64,000 bases of DNA from Orbicella franksi (taxonomy: Eukaryota): assembly GCA_964199315.1 (NCBI GenBank), contig OZ116698.1, forward strand, positions 18,352,001 to 18,416,000. Reading direction: 5' to 3'. Positions 1 to 14,300 of the stretch are shown piece by piece; positions within the stretch are counted from its first letter, which is position 1, and every line of letters begins with the position of its first letter. The notes under the pieces were generated by a model that saw only the letters and a program-made list of their open reading frames with translations, was not told where the DNA came from and did not search any database. The position numbers were made by a program, and so were the translations under genes.

Positions 1-67
1 GTGAAAGAGGCCGTAAGAGGCCGTACAGTTGCCTTTTCTTATCCAGTCAGTCTACAGTGAAACCCAC

Positions 68-3000
68 CTGTGATTGGAGGCTTTTTCCAACTTGAGAATA
101 TCAAAGTCCCAGTCTGCCTCGTCAACCATAGCAGCGATAACTTCTGGGGGTGCCTCCTGCAGGTGTGAGATCGGAGTCCGTACATTGCTTTGGGTGGATT
201 CCTTATGGCCTGTCAAGACAACAAAGATGCAGACTGCGTAAGATGTAGACAGATTACAACTGTAATATCTCCAGTACTTGAACCTCTCCCTGGCACCTCA
301 CTGCAAACGTTACCTTCAATGTTTTCTACGGCATTAAGGGGCTTGACGTACAATGCTTTAAGAGCTAACGGTGTTCCTCGAGAGGTAGTAGCCCAGTCCA
401 GAAATGACCACACAAGCGGCCTTGTGCAGCAGAGGGTCAAGTGACCTTCCTTTCATTCTTTCTTTAAATTTCATGTTTTAAAGAACATTTCTTGGTTATT
501 TAACCATGGTCTTTGAACACGCTCTTTTCTGGTACTCAATAATTTTCAGCTCATGTTATAAAATGTTTTTTGTCTGAAGTACATCATGCGATCACCAGCT
601 GCAAAGGGTCTTATGCAATGTGTCATCCCGTTAGTACCTCAGGATCAAAATCAAAATTACTGAGTGCGTGAAATCTCTGACCAGGAAAAAATAACAATTT
701 ACATTTACGTTCTTTCAAAGTTCGTTACATTTTAAACAATCAATTCACGTCCTAACATCTAAAATGTAAATAAACAATGCTACGTATACTACACTATTCC
801 TTAGATAAAAGATAAAGAATGTCCCAAGTGGCATTTAATTTCTTCCATTTTCTTTTTCCTGAGAATTTACTGCATTTTGGCATACTGGTCAAAACATCCT
901 TTACAAAGATCTCAAATCCTTCATCTTTAGCATGAGTATACTTGAACCATGAACACTTGACATCTTTTCGTGCATTTTTGGGTGACTATAGAATGAGGAT
1001 CTTCATATCAACAAATGTATTTACTGTTTTACACTGTGATAATTGCTTATCTTTTACCTTACATCAAGAGCCTTCATTCGTTAGTCACCAAAAAATGCAC
1101 AAATAATATCAGGTGCTCATGGTTTGAGTGTGCTTACTACAACTATTTATTTTGTCCACACATTAATTTTATTAGTGACAGTAGGCAATCAGGGAAACAC
1201 ACCCCAGGAACAGTAGGGAAAGGGTTTACAATGTCAGCGCATGTTAATTTCCACTCAAAAATTCTGTTGAGAATCACGTGTCAGTAATTAAGCTTGTTTA
1301 AAGTGGAGGAAGCTATTAACATGATTAAATAACTCATTATTAAACCATTAAATTATTAAGAACAGTTATTATGAAAGTTAGAAAAGAGTGTAAGCATTAG
1401 CCTCGGACCTCGGCCAAATGTGTAGAATAAGTTCATACTTGGTTTAGGTACGTCACAGGATGGTCTCCTTCGGCCCTGAAAAAAAAACAAATAACAGTGG
1501 ATCATTATTTAATTCAGTTGAAATTGGTACTGAATTACAAGATGGAACAGAATTCCCAAAACCAAAATCTGGCTTTCTTATTTCCTCTTGCCTGCTTTCC
1601 CAAACAGTTTTTTGTTGTTGTTTTCCTAAGTTTGAGATAATAGATAGATTCTAGTATACATAGTAATAATTAATTTCAAATTGCTTAGTTCCCTTGAAAT
1701 CATGTTCCTGCAAGACATACCTAATCACAAGTAGTGGGACACCAGAATTACATCTTTCCCTACCCTCATAAATCATCTTAAACTCATCTCAAAGATCATT
1801 TACTGACGAGTTTTAAGGCAGTCCTTATGGGGGGGGGGGGGGGGAGGGGGGGAGGAGTGTGTGTGCAGTCGCTTATCATGCAAAAGGAAGATTTGATCAT
1901 TACAATAAAGTACACTTACATTGCTCATGAGACCTCCCACAAGTTCATTATTCATTGGGTCTTCCTCTGTTGTGGTGAATGGTGAATATAATTCAGCTGT
2001 CCGTAATATTTCCTGAGAAAATAAAATCACTGGTTACTCTTCTGGCAAAAACACAAACTGCACTAGCTCCAGCAGTCAGGTGACTTCTCCCCCCGGCAGG
2101 GGGGGAGGAGGAGGAGGAAGCTTCTCTGGAAAGTTTTAGGGGAGGCTCTGCCCCAAGGTTCAACCCCATACCCTTTTGTACCATCTTGACAGAAAAGCTA
2201 CCCTTTTCATACACCCTTTATTGAAAAAGCTACCTCTTTCACATACCTACTTTAGAATACTGCATCCCTGTTCTAAACCCTTGGAATGAAGTTAGGAACA
2301 ATATTATGGGAGAACATTAAGCATTACCAGAAAAGATGTTAACCAAAAAATAAGAATTATTTGTTCAGTTCACGTTGTGGTAGGAGTCAAGATACTCGGA
2401 TTTCCCTACCCTTACATATACCACAACTTGTGAAATCCCTACCCTTCGATATACCTGAAGCCTGATAAAGGTAACCCTTTTGGGCGGAGCCTCCATATAG
2501 GCCATTAGCGGGAGTTTCCCCCTCCCAGTTACATCCTTATATAACACTTAATTCCCTGAACCAACATTACAAGAAATGTATACAATAAGTAAGGAATATG
2601 ATTCTTACTAGCACTCTATCTAATGCCTGCACTACAGACATCGGACTATTTTCTTGAGCTGCTGACAGCATGTTTATGACCTGAAAAACAAATAAAATCA
2701 GTTATTATCACATCCGTAGTGACTTTCACAGGCTAAAACCATGCCCAACTGATAAGAAACCTGTCAAGTAATGAGGATAGCATTGATCAATCAGCGACAT
2801 AATCTACTCAAAAATTTGTTTTTTCCCACTTTACCCTACAGTACTCGACGTTTGACTCCAGCTGGGATATAAACATTGTTAGATGAGTACATCTAATGTT
2901 CTTATGGCCTTGGTTTCACAAACAAGACATATTTAAGGCCAGATAAATGCGATTGCTTTTCTACAGGTGAAGTTCTATTTACTTATTTGTTCTATAACAA

Positions 3001-6000
3001 AGCATGTAATCCTGATGTGATACCCTGCTTACTACAGACACCCTGTTAAATATATATAGACACTTCCTAAGATCCTGTGTCTAAATTAATTCAAAGGATT
3101 TGACTGTATAATCCGTTAAAACCATTCAAGCTTCAAGTCACTAATTTGTGATGTCGCAAGAATTAAATTGCTGATCAAAAATAAAACTGCTGGAAAAATG
3201 AGCAAAATGCCACTTACTTTTGTAATGGGTGCCTCTATTTTGGTTGTTGTTGTTGTAGATTGTCGTCTAGTAAGTATACCTCCTAAAGAGTACATTTGCA
3301 TTTTGTTAGAAGTGGAGTTGAATTGGCTGACCTAAAAGCTATTAAGAATTTAACCTGAGCCCAGTGAAGTTTGCCTAAGACATCAGTACCTCAGCTACTT
3401 AAGAAGCAACATAGGTTAAGTCTGCGTGGATCCAGTGGCACATACAGCCAGAGCTTATCCCAGCATCTGTAGCACTAAATGGCTTGGAGTATTTCTATTC
3501 CCCCACCACAGGGAAGTTTGCCTAAGATGTCTGTACCTCACCCACTCACATGTAAGAGGCAACGTAGGTAAAGTCTGCATGGGTCCAGTGGCACATACAG
3601 CCAGAGCTTATCCCAACATTTGTAGCACTAAATGACTTGGAGTATTTCTATGCCCACACCACAGGGTCACTCACTCTCCCCCCCCCCCCCCCCCCAACCT
3701 GGGTGGACAGTAAAGTATCTTGCCCTAGAACACAATGTAATAACCCTGGCCAGGGAATTTTGAACCAAACATTTCATTTTCAGGATATACATCAGAATGT
3801 GTTAACACTTCAATGCCAACAAATGAGCAAGCAAAGGCAATAGTCTTTTTACCCAGGGTATGGAGAAACACAATTTTTAAGCCTAGCATTACCACATACC
3901 ATTTATTTGAACTTGTTCTGTTACTCCACTGGCTGTGGTCGGCTGAAAGAAACAAATAGGCATATAAATCATGACCTAATTTACATCATACAACATTTGT
4001 ACAAAACCAACTGCTTTATCTGGTGAAAACTGCGCATTCATATACATGCGAACATAACCAAATTTGAAAATTCATCTCCAGAATTACATCACATGGTCTG
4101 AAATGCAGTCTGAACACCAGCAAGGGTGATAGTGTATAATGGTTAATAATTAAGAGCAGCTTGCTCTAATGGTCACCTATACCTATGCAGGATAGGAAAA
4201 TTCGATTTTCTGAAACTTTGTTAGGAAGAAGGTTTTTACTAACTTATTTCAAACCTCTACCTTTGAGGTTGTTTGGATTTTTATTTTCTAGTGGAGACGG
4301 CCTTACATATTTTGCCCTGAAAAGAGCAAAACTTGAGCCGAAAATTATACTTTTTGTAAGCGCTAACAAGCCAAAAAAATAATCGTGACTGGAAGAGCTA
4401 AAATCAGGGCTTGAAATTGCGACTCACTGGTTGCCAATGCAATCAAAAATTGAGCACTGGCGACTAAATTTTCAGAACTGGTCACCAGCTGGCGATTCGT
4501 GTTTTGTCCGATAACTAAAGAAAACCATGACACCACTTTTATTTTTAAATCTTTATATTAGGAAATCAATCGGATATGGTAGCTAGTATACAACTCACCT
4601 TTCTGTCCCCAGTAAAATAATTTCTGAATGTTACAAGATAATCGAAAAAATTGAATGTATTTTGACACGTCGATACTGCGTTCACACCGCATCATATTGT
4701 TTCAGTGGCTTCCTCCGAAACTGGGATCGCAGGCGCACTTCAACACCATGTGCTTTTCATTTGCCGCGAAAATGGCGGCAGATAACGATCAGTCGAAGGA
4801 ATTACGTGAGTTTTTACGTGCGGGGAATGAAGATTCAGCCAGAAGGTTAATCCAAACTTTGAATCCTCTGAGGAAAGCAAGTCAAAAATAAAGAACGGCA
4901 TTTCGAAGAAGTAGCAAAGGGAAAATACACAAGGACCCATGTTTGTCTCACAATGAAAACCACGGACTTAAAACGTTTTATGCTTCGCTTCATTTAAAAT
5001 GACTATGGAGACAACCATCACCTTCGGACCAGAGACATATCACCTGAGAACAACGGTTGCTTTATAACTAAGTGTTACTTGTGTTGTTTCTAATTGTTTT
5101 CACTCTTCAGTTGTGACTTTTCTTGCATGCAAAGTAACATATAAAATCATGTACTTGGGTAAGTTATTTATAAAATAAGTTGGCAACCAAATTTTATGAC
5201 CTGGCGACCAAAATTTTTCCGTTAGTTGCCAGCTGGCTCCTGAACGAAAAAGTTAATTTCAAGCCCTGAAAAGATCATCTTTTAGCAGTTATTTAACATT
5301 GTCAGATCAGCATGAAATTTAAACCTGGATTTTCAGCAAATTTTCAAAATTATACGCTTTCATGATGTTGCGTCACATCAAAATTTAGGTCAATTTCGTG
5401 GACCAGAAAGTCAATCTGGTACATGGATTTACCCGCCCAAACTAATTTTCTGGTTAAAAGTATGCCTTAAGAGCCCATTAACCAATTCATGCGCATGCTC
5501 ACTCATGTTGCTAAGGAGCTGAAATTTCACTTCCGATCACTTATGTCAGCCTGAGCAAGGAAAATAATAACAACTCAAAAACTTGCAAATTCACTTACAT
5601 TCTAGATACTTTTCTTTGTGTTTCACAAAATGCAATGTAAAAAAAGCAAAGACAAAATAAGAGAAAGACAGAAAAACAAGAGCAATAAAAAGAGAAAAAC
5701 TAACTCTGTGTGGCTTTGTTTGATCTCACCAAAGTGCACTGCTAGTGTTTCTTAAAATGCTAAAGGAAACACAGTTTTTCATTACATCCTGGGAGCCTTT
5801 GCATTTTTTCTGTATTAGTCACATGACCATGGGCGTGCCCTGATGACATCACAACTAGTGTTACTGATCATGAAAAAGTTAAAACACATGAAATAACTAT
5901 AATTAACTAAAAATGATGAGGTCAAATGAGACTCAATTTTCCTTAGCAACAGCTCAAAAAGATCAGTTAATGGGCCCTTAGCTAAGTTTTTTATCACAAA

Positions 6001-8302
6001 TCTAGCATGGGTAAATAAAACCAAAAACTTGAGAGCGTCTCGAAGACTAGGCACTTAAGCTAATCACCTGACATTTTTACCTTTCACGCCACAATCACTA
6101 TGTCCAGCATTGATCCAGAAATGTTTGCCTGTGGGTCTTATCTCCACTAAAATAATTTTTAGGTCTCTAAGATCAGTTACTGTAATTGAAAATACGTATC
6201 AGGCTGCAAACGAGCCTTTTCAGCAGATGTTTATTTTGAATAAAAAATCATACATTTAGCGGTCGGTGACTACAGACAACACACGCAACAAAATATCCGA
6301 TAATAAATCAGCATTGAGAGTAATCTTTGAGAAAACTAGAGGAATACACAGTTGATGAAACACTTGGAGTGAATTCTTATCTTAATTTTGATAAAAAAAA
6401 ATAGTTTGGAAAGGTAAATCCATGTACCAGATTGACTTTCTGGTTCACGAAATTGACCTAAATTTTGACGTGACACAACATCATCAAAGCATATAATTTT
6501 AAAAATTTGCTGAAAATTCAGGTTTAAATTTCATGCTGATCTGACAACGTTAAATAACTACTCAAAGATGATATTTTAGTACTATGGGTTAGCTTTTCCA
6601 GTAATGCTTATTATTTTGGCTTGTTAGCACTCACAAAAAGTGTGGGGTCAAGTGGTCCTCTTTTCAGGACAAAATACGTAAGACCATCTCCACAAGAAAA
6701 TAAAAATCCAAACAACCTTTAAGGTACAGTTTTGAAATAAGTTAGTAAAAACCTTCTTCCTGACAAAGTTTCAGAAAATCCAATTTTTCTATCCTGCATA
6801 GGTATAGGTGACCGTTAGAGAAATCTGCTCTTAACACCTTAATTGTGGGGTAAGTAAAAAGCTGCTAAGCTATGCTTTATTCTTGGCTGACTGTAATTTC
6901 AAGGTAATTATATGAAACATTTATAATGGAAGTGATGTACAAAGTGGCTGGAAGAAATACAACCCTTACAAGTGCAGGTCTGATGTTAGTGTTCTACTGG
7001 TATGTGTTAGTGTTGGACCACTTAGCACACTGAAGTATGTAGGAAGTAATGACTAAAGACAACATTGTTATTCTACACTTTCCAATCACTTAGGTTTTAT
7101 GCATTTAATTTAAGGGCCACATTGCATTGACCAGAATTGCCTAAAACTGCCTGACCTTGCCTCCTAAGCACAGATGAGAGTAATAAGTTACACTTACTGA
7201 TTCCATGTGCATGTTAAGCTCCATGTTCATATTGACTTGATTAAGTGGGTTGTTTTGAGTAAGTTCTCTTTTGATTGTTACATGGTGTGCAACTTTCCTA
7301 CAAGTCAAAAGAAATCAGTGGAAGAATGTTATTGATCAACAGTTAGGTTGACAGTCAGGACAGATCTCTGTAGTGTGCCAGGTCACTGCTTAAATAAGGA
7401 CTACCGGTACCAGGAACTCTCAACTCTTGAACATACCACTCTTCCGCACTGTTAGTGGCCAAAAGACCTTTTAATATAGAGCGACCTCTCTGTGGAATGA
7501 GTTGCAGCCTGCACTCAAACTTAGCCCATCCATAACAGATTTCAAGCGCCTACTCAGGCGAAAGTTTCTTAATGACCGTTTTATTTAATTTTATTCAACC
7601 TTTGTCTTCTTTTGACATTATCATTGTCATGTGTTTAGCTTTCTGTGTTATTTAAATTTTATAACCCAACATTGACTCTAAAAAGCCCCGTGGTGATGAA
7701 CCAATAAAGTATGTATGTATGTATGTATGTATGTATGTATGTATGTATGTATGTATGTGTGTATGTATGTATGAATGTAAATAACAGTGCAAATGTCGCA
7801 CTTGAATCTTGGATAAAGCCATGACAAGATATTTTTTCATAGGTCAACGACTGTTAGCCAACAAGTCTACCAAGAGGCCATTTTCAATGTATTAAAATTC
7901 TACCTTGGCTCTCAGGCTTGGGGAAATAAAATAAAAGAAATAGCATTGAGGATGAGGGATGAATAATTGATTTCTTTTGTTTGTTTACCCAAGCCTCGCC
8001 AATAGCAAAGTTAGAATTTTAATATACTGAAAATGGCCTATGAGTCTGAAGGGAGCTTCCTCCANNNNNNNNNNNNNNNNNNNNNNNNNNNNNNNNNNNN
8101 NNNNNNNNNNNNNNNNNNNNNNNNNNNNNNNNNNNNNNNNNNNNNNNNNNNNNNNNNNNNNNNNNNNNNNNNNNNNNNNNNNNNNNNNNNNNNNNNNNNN
8201 NNNNCTCAGGTTTTCTCAATTTATCCATTTCTGCAAACTACGTTTTGCCTCGTTTTCTTAACAATTTGAACACAATTGTTATTGCAAACAGTTTTGTATT
8301 AC

Positions 8303-8360
<58 letters not shown>

Positions 8361-11300
8361 ATGACCAATCTATTGGTTGATAGTCAATTCCTCCTTTTAT
8401 CAATAGTTAGCAAGTTTTCTGTAATAAATGTTAAGTTCTTATTTGATGATTTGATATTTTCATGAGAAAGGTGTTTAACTTGGTACCAGATTGAGTAAGC
8501 CCAGAGAATCAGTGCTGTTATGTAGATAACTGCATAAATTTTGTCCTTACCCTCCTTTTCCAATAACTGGAATAATGTGCACACTTTGTAAGAAGCTCTC
8601 CCCATTTTTCTTTTTTGCAAAAGCTTTGCCATCCCACGGCTGAAACAGACACAAAAACAAGATCTAGCTGTCAAAAGAAATTGTATCACCCTAATACACA
8701 AAAGATACTGGGAAAAAGTGTCTAATGTACCAATAGCTGCTGTCTGTAGTTTGAAAAAATGAGATCATAAATCATCTGTCCCACAGTGTGAAGTTTTCCC
8801 TCCAGCAATAGATGAAAAACAGTTTATTTTATGGTAATTGATTTCACTGAAGCAACTTTCTGCAGTAACTTCTTAAACACTTAGGATCACAACAGCTTAC
8901 CTTCCCTTTCTTCAGTAGTGCTTGTATTGATTCATATGATTCCTATAACAGAAAAAATTATGCAATCAAGATATGTTGAGGTTTGTGATCAACCCTCAGT
9001 TAGAGCTCTGGGCCTGGCCATTTGAAAGTGGATTAATGGCAACCTTTAATAAAAAAAAAATTAGTCAATGAACATTACTGTTTCTACAAAAGACCTGATA
9101 GATGAATATTGATACCTTGTAGAGTTGTTTTAGAGTAAGTGTTGTAAAACCAAAACCAAAACCAAAAGGATCACTGACTGGCACAATGAACGTAGGAACA
9201 TCTTAGGTTTGCATATTAACTGTCTTAAATTCTCTCAACCCCCCTCATGTTTAGTCAAGGCCACGTAAACATAGAAAAAGTCCTCAATTGCATCAAGTAC
9301 TATTTCCTTTCTGCAAGGTGGTGTAGTTTTAGGCCTTCATTGGCCCACTTATAGCAGTCACAATGTTACTGTTGGAAAATGCATTGGAAAAAGAAATAGT
9401 TCACTAGGTGGATAACAAGTTTTAAGTTTCATTACTTACAGGTTTTTCATGTTCACTATTCATCCCTAAGGTCTGAGGATGTCCAACAACTTCTGACCTC
9501 CAGTAACCAGTCATTTTCTCAAATGCAGGGTTAACATACTGAAGTGCAACACAAAACCCATCTTAAAACTGATGTTTTGACTTTCTTTTATTTTAGTGCA
9601 TGACCCCATAAGCTTATAGCTTTAATTTTTACTGTGGATAAATAAAGTCTTGATTTAGGTTAAACCAATACTTGTCATATATCTTCGAAACCAATATTTG
9701 CTCCAAAACACCATGACCATTCCCACTACCAGAGACAGTACTTAATCAATGTGTAAGTAGGAAATAATAATCTCCCAAGAAGGACTTCATACATTTGTAT
9801 ATGGCATATTATTGAACATATTAAGTTCAGTAAGGGTGGGGGGGAGGGTGACTTATAATACTCGTTAGTCCTCCCCTATCATTAATCATTGTTTTTCCCC
9901 TACGTTTTTTCCTATCGTGCTAAACTGTTATTCCCAGATTTCTACCTATTTGAAGATTTGTTTAATTATTTTTCCATAAAAGTGATTTGGGTGTGTCAGA
10001 GCTTCTTTAAATCAATGACATGAGTACAATTTCACATTTGATACACCAAGTAGGCTATTACTAGTATCAACCTCTGCTCAGCCTCATGACTGAGCTTTAT
10101 ACAACTAATGCAGTTTACATTGATCAGCAAATGACATCTAAATGAATGATTTTAAAATCATGATTGTTTGTTTGTACCTCTACCTGTAATTCAGACTTAT
10201 CATGGTCCAGGCTGGTAATCTCCACAGCATCCTGACAGTTCTCAATTGCACTGAAAAGACAGCTAGTTGCCCGAAGTTTCAACATCGACTGGACTTCTCC
10301 ATGTTCCAACATTAACAGCTCATTATGACAGGCCCCAACATTGGCGTTCTCCACAAAACGCTGGGGAAAAGTTAACAGTAAAGTTGTTAACGAAATTCCA
10401 TAAATGTTCCAACTGCTTTGCTGTTTTTGTGAAGGGAGTGTGCAATCTTACCTTGTCAAATCCCGCCTTCAACAGAGGAAGCATCAAGGGTTCGTCACTA
10501 CGTGGGCTAAAAAACACAAAAACAACCCAGAAAACACCATGTCAACTTGTCTACTTGACCTCCACATAAATATGATGAACATAACCAGCTTGAAGAGGTA
10601 CCAATCTAGCTTTGCACTCATGACAATCTTGTATCTTTCTGTTTGCCCAAAACATCTACACTGTCGACATAGCTCCAGTGATTCCTATCTCTGACTGGCT
10701 TTACTTGTGCACAGAAATTCAAACCAGAACAACACTAAACAGATATCTGTACACCTATGTCACTAATAAAGAATTTTTTCAAGTAAAATCCCAAATGACC
10801 ATTAAAGGCTTACTGAAAAAGTTGAGTAGAAAAAAAAGAAAGAATGTCTTTCAGTTACTCACATTTTTCATTTGTGTCTACAATCATTATTAGTAAGCTT
10901 GATCACTTAAATCTTGAGCTACCAATGTGGTGGGTACCCATAAAATTATGTCGGTGAAAACTGCCAAAAAATTCCTGATACATGCCTCAATTTATTTAAA
11001 ATAATATTGAATGCACAATTTTGTCATAAATATTAAGTTGGTTAGGCAGCCTTCAACAAGATCAGGGAGCCAGTAATTTACTGGAAATGGAAATAAATAC
11101 ATGTAGTATTTCAACAAATATTATTTAACCATGCCTAACAACAAGAATTGTCATTCCACTAGTGTGACTACTTGCTTGAAAGCTGCTTAATCGTTAATTG
11201 AAAATTTTATAACCCATATCAGTGACTTGACAAAACCACAGAATGCAATAAAAGAGACTGACTTAATTGCTACCTTCAGAGGTAAAACTTTCCTTCGCAA

Positions 11301-14300
11301 TCAAGAGAGATCTGGTACAAAATTGATTTAGCGTTATTTCTCTTTATGACTTCAGCTTAGACTTTTTTTAGTAATATAAAATAGATTTATTGGATACACA
11401 ATGGTAGATTGTTTTCGCACATGTAGCTTGTTTGCAAAGGAGAGTCTGATTTGAAAGTCGCACATAAGTGAGCTCAACTATAAACCAGACCTGCGATCCG
11501 TCCAGATGCCACATGTGAAAATTTTGCGAAGACAGTGGGATTTCATTTTACTAGAAAGTGCAATAGAGGGTAGTTAGTGATTAGAGTTTTGTTTGTTAAA
11601 GTTTCTTTCAAGGCAACAGCTTTCCAAGAGTAATACTAACAAAATTTATGTTTTTTTAAGCTCTTTATACAGATGAGTAAAAGGAAACACCAGACATATT
11701 CACAATCTATAAAATTATTGTGGAAAAAAACACACAACCAAATGAACTCCAAGAAAAGTCATGAATGAAAATAAAATCTACATACATGTAAGACATTAAT
11801 TTTAAGAACACTTATCTGAAGGGATAAGAGCTCACAACACATTATACTAGGAATATTAAGCAGCTTTCATTCAACCAGCCACACCAATAGGTCGGCATGC
11901 AAATGTGTCAATGACTAAACAAACACTCTACGTGAACTAATTGTGCATTGTTATAACTCCCATGGAATCATATAATTCAAGAGAGTACAGTAACTCCAGT
12001 CAGGTAAGAGTAAAAAACCTTGCTACAATGATAGCAATTGTTACAAGATTTCCATCAGAGTAAAATGTACAGATTGGTGCGTGATTAGGACAACAAAATC
12101 TTAAGCAATAATGAGATTATATAACAAAACTTGCGGAAAAAATGCTTCATGGGAAAATCTGGAACTGATTTTCTTTCATGAGCCAGATCAGACCATTCTG
12201 TTTTGCAAACTCCTGTTATTGTTTTAATCACAAACTGTACACTGTATGCTATTTGCAGTGAATTGTTTGCAGCTGCTTATTATACAACAAAAAATCCATA
12301 CATAAGATCACAGGAAAAACGACAACATGAATATGAAACTATCTGGTGCATTGTGGCTTGACATAGGTTTGTTTGACATTTCTATATAACAGAACCCAAT
12401 CAACTGCACTATCCAACTTCAGAAACACCCTATGAGAAAGCTCAGACTAAAAGCCATGTATTTATTACTTTATAACTTGATAGAGAACAGCACTAGCATG
12501 AGCTCTTGGCAAAATTTTGGCACAGTCAAAAGAAATGAAATTTTGACAATCCAAAATATATGAGTTTCCTTTCTTTTCTTACAGGGCACTATAAATGAAA
12601 TAGAAAACATTTTCTCCACATTTCTATTGAGTTAAAGTTCTAAACACTTATGAAAGTTCGGTAGAACTTGAAAAAGTTGTAGTTCAAAAACACTACAAAA
12701 ACGCCTCCAGCTCCTTTTCCCACAGCATTTCTCATTCTCCCAAGCTTCTGAACATGTTTCTATAACTCAATTGCAACAACTAGCTGTACAAGATATTTGT
12801 CGATGGATTTCTAAATCAATTGACAGTTTGGATAACTGTCAATAAACTTGTGTTCCTATTACTTTTTTTCTCTTCATGTGATGATGACTGGGCATTTTAC
12901 AATAATAAAAAATACCCAAAACATTAATTTAATTCCAATTTTATTCAGTTTCTTACCTTCCTTTAACAACAGCAATTATTATAGAGTTCTCTCTGGGGCC
13001 CTTTGCTCTTATTATTCTAAAAACCAAGTGGAATAAATTGATTACTTTAATATGTTTATACCTTTCATCGTGGAAGACAGGGCGAGAGGGAGGAATCTGT
13101 TATGTGGCTGTTAAGTGCAGCACAGCAAATTACTACTAAACCTAAATCTGGCCAATTATTGCCTAAAACTTTGTATTGATGGGTTGCTACCAATCCCTAG
13201 AGATTCAAATGACAACTTTGACATTTGTGGCCATGAATACATAAGTAGCTAATTAGAAATTTTTTTGTTAAATTATGACACGGGCCATGGCAGTGATGAA
13301 AGCACACGAAAACCAAGAACAGATGCCAACACAACACAATTCTACAGACATCAGTGAGGTGTCTCACCATGGTTGATTCTTGCATAGATAAATGCTAAAC
13401 AGAGCAGCAACCACTAGAATATTTATAGTAAAGTCTTATAATCTCTTGAACAGGGAAAGAATTGAACATTTACTATAATGTACAGGGCATTTCTACATAT
13501 GAAATAAACGTCAACAGCTTCTCAACATTGTAAAACAAGGGTGGCACAAGAAAGCCTACTCAATGAAATACCAATGAGCAAAAATATGATAGGAATGAAA
13601 ACCAATTAAACTATTTGGAAAACAAAGAAAGCAACCTAATATGATATTTAAAATATGTACATTCATTTAAGATGATGGTACCTGCAAAGTGCTTCTCCAT
13701 CGATTACAGAATTTCCCCTCATGTCAATAAATATCACCTGAAGGCAACAGAAGTATGTTAACAACAATCTGTTATGTGAATCTTTCCTTACTTCCAGAAA
13801 CTGCAAGCAAAAAACTTGACCACAAACCTGTAAGATCAATGGCATTATCAAAATGATTCAAAACTGCAATGCACATGAAAACTTACACAAAATAGATTGG
13901 AGAAGTACTGTAGTCATTGCTCTGAAATTTGACCTTGATGCCCTGTCCACCAACTCACCCCACCCTGCCTCCCATCCCCCCACCCCCCAAAAAAATAAAC
14001 AAATAGTAAATGAAATAAACAACAGTGTGCAGACTTGTCCTATTGGAGAATTTTCCAGCTGCTTCACCATACAAGCATCGTGGTTCGTACAAATAACAAG
14101 GGCTCAAATGTTTCAACAAAATTAGCTGCTCAAGTTTCTATTCATAAGCAGATGCAACAGCAGGGTCCGAGATTAACTTTTTTAGGCAGGCGCCAACTGG
14201 CAACTGAAATTCTTTTTTCAGTCACCCGATGGAAAAATGTGGTCACCAAAAAGTGTCAATAAAATTTTTCCTTCACAGCGAAACACAAAAATGTGATGTT

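Noticed and set aside
213-440. 75-aa minus-strand ORF with an internal GAAG|GTAACG donor, as a possible extra PDE8 exon
   Set aside because: The only phase-compatible acceptor has a purine-rich upstream region, and exons 1439 and 209 already join correctly
5786-7052. Exon-like segments 7052-6970, 6146-6081 and 5863-5786 in the PDE8 linker intron
   Set aside because: Their open phases (0-2, 1-1, 1-1) cannot be chained into the phase-0 intron without a frameshift or stop
7652-7847. YIHT-repeat ORFs
   Set aside because: Translation of the (TATG)n microsatellite
8019-8269. ORFs spanning X residues
   Set aside because: Artefacts of the N gap
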